From an uncultured delta proteobacterium (GTDB lineage Bacteria > Myxococcota_A > Polyangia > Palsa-1104), in the NCBI GenBank assembly GCA_963785725.1, contig CAWAWS010000011.1, forward strand, positions 1 through 13,768: a stretch of 13,768 nt of DNA, written 5' to 3'. A program made the position numbers and the translations under genes. A model generated the notes under the pieces. That model saw only the letters and a list, made by a program, of their open reading frames with translations. It ran no database searches and had not been told where the DNA came from. Position 1 is the first letter of the stretch, and each line of letters begins with the position of its first letter. This document shows positions 9,001-13,768 of this stretch, piece after piece.

Positions 9001-10195
9001 AGTCCTCGGTGTTGCCCATGCTGTCGGTCGGATCGGGATTGCCGCTGAACGGACCGGCCGGGTTGAGCGAGTAGTCGTTACGGATGGCGTTGAGCGGCAA
9101 GCTCCACGGCGCGTCCGACAGAACCGGCGTCGGGCGAACCGGCACGCACGCGTTCGGCTCCGACACGTGCGCCGGGTCGCGCGTCGTCTGGTCGCTGTCG
9201 CTGTTGACGCCCGACTCGACGCCGAGCGTGAGCCCGCCGCCCGAGCCCTGCACGTAGCCGCCGGCCGCGACGAACAGCTCGAGCGACGCGTTCGCCGGCG
9301 GATTCAAGCTGCCGAGCAGGCCGCTCGCCGCCAGCGTGCCCGCGATGCCCGGCGGCTTCGGAATCAGCGACTGAATGAGATTGTTGAGCGTCGGCTTGAG
9401 CAGGTTGAGCACGAAGTTCGTGATCGCCTGACCAACGGCGTTGTTGAAGAGGCTGATGACGTCGTTGAGCAAGCTGCCGATGACGCTGCAGCCGCTGGCG
9501 CTGAGGTTGAGGTTGCCGAGCGAGATGTCGGCCAGCGCGAGCGTCAGCTCGCCCGTCGTCGCGTCGATGCCGGTCTGGATGTCGGCGATGATCTCGAGCG
9601 GCTGACCGCTGGCGCCGTTCCAGTGCTGCGACGCGATGTCGAGCGTGCACGAGCCCGACGCGCCCGCGAGGCAGGCGATGCCTTTGATGCCGTAGTCGAT
9701 CTCGAGCGGCACGTTGACGTCGAACTTGGCGTCGACGTGAATGACGGGGTTCGGCCCGTCGGCGAGCGAGATGGTGATCTTGTCGAGCCCCTGCGCGTCG
9801 GTGAGCTGAATCTGCGCCGGGCAGCCGGGCTTGCCGCCGGGGCAGTTGTTCGATTCACAGGCGCCGATGTCGACCGACGCCAGCACGCAGGTGCCGATCG
9901 TCGTGCTCGTCGGCTGCACGGCGCAGATGCCGGTTTGCAGCGAGCCCGACACGAGGTTCGTGATCGTGCTCAAGAGCTTGTCCATGCCCGGTTTCGTAAT
10001 GCGAGCTTGGAGTCCGCCTTCGATGACTTGATTGCTGGGAAGCCCGAGTGGCGCCGGCGCTGGAGTGCCGTTCACCGTGGGCAGTGGGGTGAATCCTCCA
10101 CACCCACCCGCTCCGCTCGAGGAACCACAACCAACTCCGAATGAAACCAGGACGATGCCCGCCACAAGAGTCTGCGCGGCGACGGACTTGACCAT
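6035..10195 (-). CDS. 1386-aa multidomain surface lipoprotein: N-terminal lipobox, putative LBP/BPI-like region, Ig-like domains, internal MYXO-CTERM-like motif, second lipoprotein signal, Cys-rich module, beta-propeller-like C-terminus
   Basis: AGGGAG RBS and strong GC3 bias. Signal peptide ends FGVGC23. SGC844SFAGGG...LLGLAVLALVLLRRR is followed by ARALAPLAVVVVIAFGVAGC894. Propeller-like blades read DIGRFSS, DVGRYTS, NIGMYAS, DVGRYNS and xIAYYD. Domain names are inferred by eye. Confidence 0.9.
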   Translation of the reverse strand: MVKSVAAQTLVAGIVLVSFGVGCGSSSGAGGCGGFTPLPTVNGTPAPAPLGLPSNQVIEGGLQARITKPGMDKLLSTITNLVSGSLQTGICAVQPTSTTIGTCVLASVDIGACESNNCPGGKPGCPAQIQLTDAQGLDKITISLADGPNPVIHVDAKFDVNVPLEIDYGIKGIACLAGASGSCTLDIASQHWNGASGQPLEIIADIQTGIDATTGELTLALADISLGNLNLSASGCSVIGSLLNDVISLFNNAVGQAITNFVLNLLKPTLNNLIQSLIPKPPGIAGTLAASGLLGSLNPPANASLELFVAAGGYVQGSGGGLTLGVESGVNSDSDQTTRDPAHVSEPNACVPVRPTPVLSDAPWSLPLNAIRNDYSLNPAGPFSGNPDPTDSMGNTEDLALGLSRTFLDLVGFHIYNSGTLCLDIDGSAIAQLNAGTLSVIVPSLANILEDRTSPLKLVLRPQTPLTFTIGAGGAADPLIHVGISDLRIDFYAWIEERYVRLLTAAVDLNLGLDLTSTTAADGKPAVQLTLSGLDTKSVTIRASNTDLLQETPAGLAAVFPSLINIAAGAIGGAIKPIELPSIAGFSLDNLSISRVQTTQDDFVGIFADIVAGTPAPLIDWSDAQHPHVVGAVQTVANISNIDTPSAAQLRANFITEPGITGARPTVRLALSTTGSNGRPVEYAWRIDSGMWEDWTQNPNPTLVEPQFLLQGHHTIEVRSRVVNHWETEDLQTAKLDALIDSMAPELHPARDDKDHSLLNFGGFDIVTPAAQLRYAYRMPDGSRSPWTSVSSMGSSQANSLTNGGSQPLVLYAQDEAGNVGVGAFDIAGLGLPVYGAAPKASGCSFAGGGSDGGGTGGGLLGLAVLALVLLRRRARALAPLAVVVVIAFGVAGCGSHKPGKNQCTIDDDCAATVCPAGQVPSCMGSTCGCIPDIPLGDIGRFSSMTILGTDAYVAAYNDTYGDLMIGHITPPGDVTGWDFVDGVPDETPDIANSHVRGGVSDKGDDVGRYTSIGVSSTGDPIIAYYDLTHQALKFAEFGAIRWHSHTVDIGTGTPGAGGDNIGMYASMSVGLDGLPAIAYSAWVANGVSGEPESQLRWAQANVPYPASSSDWTVTVLDSRLQSSNGAPVTDMGVAPPDMAVGPDMAGGGDMAIGPDMATTPTPVDTLLPEGIALMTSVARQADGTPGVTYYDRQRGNLRYVAYNNNMGAWGKPVIIDGEDANGNDLGDVGRYNSLAYDENGIAHISYENDSQSNLLYWNATDKTRVVVDDGYHPNDEQTQDGLASPVWHFVGDSSSIQVQAGRVVICYQDATVVELRQAVRDTTGMWSKQYIAGHAQPFAGSYGFYADLQMNSGGKGWVSSYAINQQMDIPQFYVEVFAVDLSIIQ
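6722..6807 (-). repeat. Coding repeat for a (P/G/T)DM(A/G) x5 linker
   Basis: CATGTC or CATATC at 6725, 6743, 6761, 6779 and 6800 (18-bp period, last 21), encoding TDMGVAPPDMAVGPDMAGGGDMAIGPDMAT. Confidence 0.8.
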
Positions 10196-10232
10196 GGTGA
10201 TGCTCCCTCGTGGTGTAAACTATTTGTTTCGC

Positions 10233-10262
10233 AGCCTACTTGCGTGGGGACGGGAATGTCAA
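10233..10262 (-). promoter_or_regulatory. Candidate sigma70-type promoter for the large lipoprotein gene
   Basis: TTGACA (10262-10257), 18-bp spacer, TAGGCT (10238-10233), 37 nt upstream of the ATG. Confidence 0.55.
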
Positions 10263-10308
10263 CGGCACTCACACTCTAAGTATTTTGAGCGCCGTATCCT
10301 ACACAATT

Positions 10309-10347
10309 CTTGTACGAAAAGACCTACAAGGTACCCAGGTTGACCTG
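10309..10347. promoter_or_regulatory. Candidate operator palindromes CTTGTA-N10-TACAAG (10309-10330) and CAGGT-TG-ACCTG (10336-10347)
   Basis: Inverted repeats in an AT-richer intergenic tract upstream of the candidate promoter. Confidence 0.35.
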
Positions 10348-10900
10348 AGTCACAATGTGCCCGATGACGCCGATTCCATTGGGTTTATGCCGCGACGCAG
10401 CAGAGTGTCAACGGTCATGGACCGAGGCTCAAATGCGAGCACTTGGCCGCAGTGCGTCACGAATCCGGATCACGTCCGCAGATTCAGCGTCGCCTTTCGG
10501 TCACGATCGAGCGAGCCTCGACCCCGCGAATTTGTGGCCGCTTGGAATGATCGCGATCTATCCGCGTTGCGCGACGGCGATCTCGTCGGCATCGCATCGC
10601 GCGGCGGTGGCGAGCGACGGCGCCGCGCGCAGTCGCAGTCGAGCCGAGCGCGGTGGCGCGCGCCATCAGTCGAGCGAGCGGGGCATCGTCGACGCCTGCT
10701 TCGATCGCGCTGCGATACACCGCGATCGGCCACGCAAGGACGAGCGGACGATGGGGCCGAAACGTTGCGTCCGCGAGAGGTCGATGAGCAGCGGTCGTGG
10801 TGTCGTCAGCGCGGCGCGGCTTCGCGCGGAAGATTCGACGATCTTGCGCAGCCGGCCCACCGCGAGGTCGAACGGGAATTCTTAGTGGCTCTTAGCGGTC

Positions 10901-10942
10901 GTAGAGACGCGCCCCTCATTTCTGCGGGCGCGTACCGTCTAC
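10901..10942 (-). terminator. Stem-loop immediately downstream of the small peptide gene
   Basis: ACGCGCCC (10907-10914) pairs with GGGCGCGT (10926-10933), extended by GTAGA/TCTAC. There is no clear U-tract. Confidence 0.35.
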
Positions 10943-11100
10943 CAAGGCTGCGGCTGAGGGGTGTCGTCGGGACGGGCGACGGGCAGTCGCTTGATCCAAG
11001 GCTGCGGCGTGGTGCTGTCGCCGCCGACGATGTGCTGGAGCTGGCGCGCGTCGATCGACTTCAGCATCGGCTTCGGGGTCGAAGGTTTCAGGGTCATCAT
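10939..11100 (-). CDS. Small double-glycine-leader peptide (bacteriocin/RiPP precursor-like), 53 aa (52 aa from ATG 11097)
   Basis: GAGGAG RBS (11109-11104) precedes ATGATG. Translation: MMTLKPSTPKPMLKSIDARQLQHIVGG-DSTTPQPWIKRLPVARPDDTPQPQPW*. Codons are GC3-rich. It is absent from the ORF track, whose shortest entries are ~60 aa. Confidence 0.75.
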   Translation of the reverse strand: MMTLKPSTPKPMLKSIDARQLQHIVGGDSTTPQPWIKRLPVARPDDTPQPQPW

Positions 11101-11449
11101 GTGCTCCTCGGTTGCGGTTGACCTGCCCGCACATGATCACCATTCGTCGTCGACGGCGCGATGACGCCACGCACGACGCACAACTACTGGCTACCGTTCT
11201 TGGGCGAGCTTGCTCGAGCGCACTGCAAAGCAATGGATGACTTTCACGGAGTGAAGACGCCCGGTCTATGAACTCAATCCGTCTGGCAGACCATGCGCCG
11301 TTTGGACGCCGGACGACCTCGAGGGCTTCGATGAGCACCTCGCTGGCGCGGGCTGGCGGTAAGAAGAACGGGAGGGTAGAGGCTCGCCGCCGCGGGCGCC
11401 GTCCAACAAGTGACGCCTATGCAGGTCCACGCAACGGATCAGGTCGTAA

Positions 11450-12373
11450 CTAGAGCGTGGCTGCCACTTCGACCACGAGGTCGCGGAACCAACGCACTGC
11501 CGGTTCCTCCAGCCTCGCTGCGTGCCAGGCGGCGACCATCGTGAACGTGCGCCTCTCGAATGGCGGCTCGAGCGTCGTGAGCCGATTGCCCATCGCGCTG
11601 CGTGCGACCACGCGTCGCGGGAGCGTCGCGACCATGTCGGAGGACGCGATCAGGGCGGGGGCGACCATGAAGTGAGGAATTCGGAGGGCGATCTCGCGCG
11701 AGAGACCCACCTTGCTGAGGACGTCGTCGACGAGCGCGGGGCCATCACCTTCCGGCGAGACCAAGAGGTGACGTAGTCTCGCAAACGACTTGAGGGTCAA
11801 CCGCGAGGTAAGTGCGGGATGCGAATGGCGAAGCACGCAAACAAAGTCTTCGCGGATGAGCTCGGTGACTTCGACGCCGCCGCCGGCGCGTAGACCCGGC
11901 GCGATCAACAAGTCGATCACGCCTTCGCCGAGCTGAGCAAGCTGTGCCTTCGGGTCGGCGATCGGCTTGACCCGCAGCGTCGCTCGGGGCGCACGCTTCG
12001 CGAGCGCAGCGTGAAGCGCGGGCAAGAGCACGATCTCACCGTAGTCCCCCATCGCAAGCCGGAACGCCGCGGGAGCGACGGCTGGGTCGAACGCCTGCGT
12101 CGCGAGCACGATGCGGACCTTGGCGAGAACGTCTTGTAGCGGCGGCGCAATGGCGAGGGCCCGCTGCGTCGGAACCATGCCTGCCCTCGTTCTGATGAAT
12201 AGCGGATCGGAGAATAGTGCGCGGAGGCGCGCGAGCGCGGCGCTCATCGCCGGCTGCGACAAGCCGATTCGTCGGCCTGCCCGCGTCACGCTGCGGTCGG
12301 TCAGCAGAGCGTCGAGCGCGATTAGCAGGTTCAGGTCAACGCTTGCAACATCCACGGAGTGGATAGTTGCCAT
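11450..12373 (-). CDS. LysR-family transcriptional regulator (NodD/NahR/LeuO-like VDLNLL subgroup)
   Basis: VDLNLLIALDALLTDRSVTRAGRRIGLSQPAMSAALARLR HTH, DPLFIRT, and a substrate-binding domain ending PAVRWFR. ATG 12373 is preferred over the track start at 12559. Confidence 0.95.
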   Translation of the reverse strand: MATIHSVDVASVDLNLLIALDALLTDRSVTRAGRRIGLSQPAMSAALARLRALFSDPLFIRTRAGMVPTQRALAIAPPLQDVLAKVRIVLATQAFDPAVAPAAFRLAMGDYGEIVLLPALHAALAKRAPRATLRVKPIADPKAQLAQLGEGVIDLLIAPGLRAGGGVEVTELIREDFVCVLRHSHPALTSRLTLKSFARLRHLLVSPEGDGPALVDDVLSKVGLSREIALRIPHFMVAPALIASSDMVATLPRRVVARSAMGNRLTTLEPPFERRTFTMVAAWHAARLEEPAVRWFRDLVVEVAATL

Positions 12374-12395
12374 ACAAACAATCAGTTCGCCAGAT
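12350..12395. promoter_or_regulatory. Two LysR-type ATC-N9-GAT (T-N11-A) boxes
   Basis: ATCCACGGAGTGGAT (12350-12364, 6-bp perfect arms) and ATCAGTTCGCCAGAT (12381-12395), 31 bp apart, flanking the LysR start. Confidence 0.6.
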
Positions 12396-12582
12396 GATGC
12401 ATCGAGGCGCAAGTTCTCTCCATGGCCGCGCACCACTCGACGAACAGCACGCAGATATCGGCCCTGCGCGCGCGGCCACTCCTCCGACCGAGCTCGCCGG
12501 TGGACTCGTCCGGTCGGCGCAATGAGGCGGCACCCGTCCTCCACGTCGAGTCTCGACACCTGACAATGAAAGGGGCTCTCGA

Positions 12583-12966
12583 ATGATCACCGTCGGATAT
12601 GTGCTCTCTGGCCTGATCGCGGCCACAATTCTGTTCCTTGGCGCTCGCTTTTGGTTGGCACCCGCTACCGCTTCGGCCGCCTTCGGCATTGCGGATTCAC
12701 CACCGCCCTCGACCGGATTGACCGCGTGGCTGGCTGTGAAGGGCACGCGAGACATCGCCTCCGGCCTCTTTGTCCTGCTGCTCATGGCGAACAGGTCGCC
12801 GCGGCTGCTCGGCGAATTCTTGCTCGTGGCGAGCCTCATCGCATTTGGCGACATGGCGACAGTCCTTCGATCCGGCGGGAGAAAAGGCGTTGCCTTCGGC
12901 ATTCATGGCGTTACGGGGACGCTCCTCGTCGCCACCGGCGTGTGCCTCATCGTCGGCGCCAGCTGA
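12583..12966 (+). CDS. DUF4267 family small membrane protein
   Basis: Four hydrophobic segments with LGARFWLAP, AAFG, VKGTRDIASGL, GDMATVL and FGIHGVT. AAAGGGG RBS; divergent from the LysR gene. Confidence 0.85.
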   Translation: MITVGYVLSGLIAATILFLGARFWLAPATASAAFGIADSPPPSTGLTAWLAVKGTRDIASGLFVLLLMANRSPRLLGEFLLVASLIAFGDMATVLRSGGRKGVAFGIHGVTGTLLVATGVCLIVGAS

Positions 12967-13016
12967 CAACTGAGAAGCACGAGCCGCCAAGCCGTCCAAC
13001 GCGAGGGAGCAACAAC

Positions 13017-13475
13017 ATGAAAGCGTCTACTGAGAGTCTGCGCATTTCGGCCGAGTCACCGCTCGCGATGCACAAGGCCGCCATCGAAGCGTTTTTCAAG
13101 GGCGTCGAGGAGCACGACGCGGACCTCGTCGCCTCGCTGCTCGCAGAGGACGTCCTCCAAGAGATTCCCTTCAACCCAAGCGGCAGCATGGCGCCGGTGG
13201 CACGGTTCGAGGGCAAGAAGGCCGCGATGGGCTACTGGACACAGGTCGTCACGAGCTTCTCCCGCACCGTGCTCGTGGACAAGCGCATCTATGCGGCGGA
13301 AGACGGGACCATTTTCTTTGAGGGAAAGGGGGACCTCGTGCACGCCGCGAGCGGGGCCGCGTACAAGAACCTGTACGTTTTCAAGTTCGTGTTTCGCTCG
13401 AACCTGATCTCGCAGATCACCGAGTACTCGAACCCAGTCACTTACGCGAAGCTTGTCGGCGCGCCGATTGGGTGA
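13017..13475 (+). CDS. NTF2/SnoaL-like (PhzA/B-like) protein, 152 aa
   Basis: GAGGGAG RBS before ATG 13017. Motifs LLAEDVLQEIPF, FEGK, YKNLYVFKF and ISQITEYSNP. Confidence 0.88.
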   Translation: MKASTESLRISAESPLAMHKAAIEAFFKGVEEHDADLVASLLAEDVLQEIPFNPSGSMAPVARFEGKKAAMGYWTQVVTSFSRTVLVDKRIYAAEDGTIFFEGKGDLVHAASGAAYKNLYVFKFVFRSNLISQITEYSNPVTYAKLVGAPIG

Positions 13476-13489
13476 CCGCTCGCAGCGAC

Positions 13490-13742
13490 GCGCAGCACTT
13501 CGTCATGAGGGCTCGAAGAAGGTCATCGCGGCACTCATCGCGGGCGTGCCGGACCTCATTCGACGCCGATGATGACGCAGCGATATGCGCACCTCGCGCC
13601 CAATCACTGGCGAGCGCGGAGCTTCGCGCCGCCGGTTCCGGCGGGCGGGGCAGACTTCGCAGAGGAGAAGCGGAAGCGGGCCGAAGAAGGGCGGCCGACG
13701 TACAGCCGGCAACACGACGATCAAGAACAGACGAGCGAATGA
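13490..13742 (+). pseudogene. C-terminal relic of a third tyrosine integrase
   Basis: The frame starting at 13557 reads HSTPMMTQRYAHLAP...SFAPPVPAGGADFAEEKRKR...* (TGA 13740-13742), matching the box II H..T..Y motif. An out-of-frame QHFVMR at 13493-13510 resembles the helix after RHTF. Confidence 0.7.
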
Positions 13743-13768
13743 GGGAAAAGATGAGGACTTACAATATG

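Noticed and set aside
6191..10144. 1317-aa plus-strand ORF
   Set aside because: Antisense shadow of the 1386-aa gene, expected from high GC3. It is Arg/Val/Ala-rich with no motifs or RBS.
10240..11121. 293-aa plus ORF, and overlapping ORFs 10355-10885 and 10916-11338
   Set aside because: Low-complexity Arg/Ser/Ala translations with no RBS or motifs. They overlap the promoter region and the better-supported peptide gene.
11110..11200. Sigma54 promoter for the peptide gene
   Set aside because: The TGG elements inspected do not give GG-N10-GC spacing.

Overview
GC-rich bacterial DNA, most likely Myxococcota (inferred from a MYXO-CTERM-type sorting motif and Polyangia-style PDMA linker repeats), in three blocks. 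(1) 1-3303 is a decayed integrative region beside a tRNA-Leu(CAG) gene. It holds a disrupted tyrosine integrase with an excisionase-like HTH gene (minus), a frameshift-hidden PD-(D/E)xK nuclease-like cargo gene, and a second, heavily decayed tyrosine integrase (plus) pointing at the tRNA 3' end. (2) 3304-10400 is core-like: tRNA-Leu with a near-consensus sigma70 promoter, a single-domain response regulator, a YkgJ-like Cys-cluster protein, a YdcF/DUF218 protein, an SDR with one frameshift, and a 1386-aa lipoprotein carrying an internal MYXO-CTERM-like anchor followed immediately by a second lipoprotein signal peptide. (3) 10440-13768 is accessory-looking: a 52-53 aa double-glycine-leader peptide with a repeated PQPW motif (missing from the ORF track), a LysR regulator divergent from DUF4267 and SnoaL-like genes, and a relic of a third tyrosine integrase at the right edge. 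All family calls come from reading motifs by eye; no searches were run.
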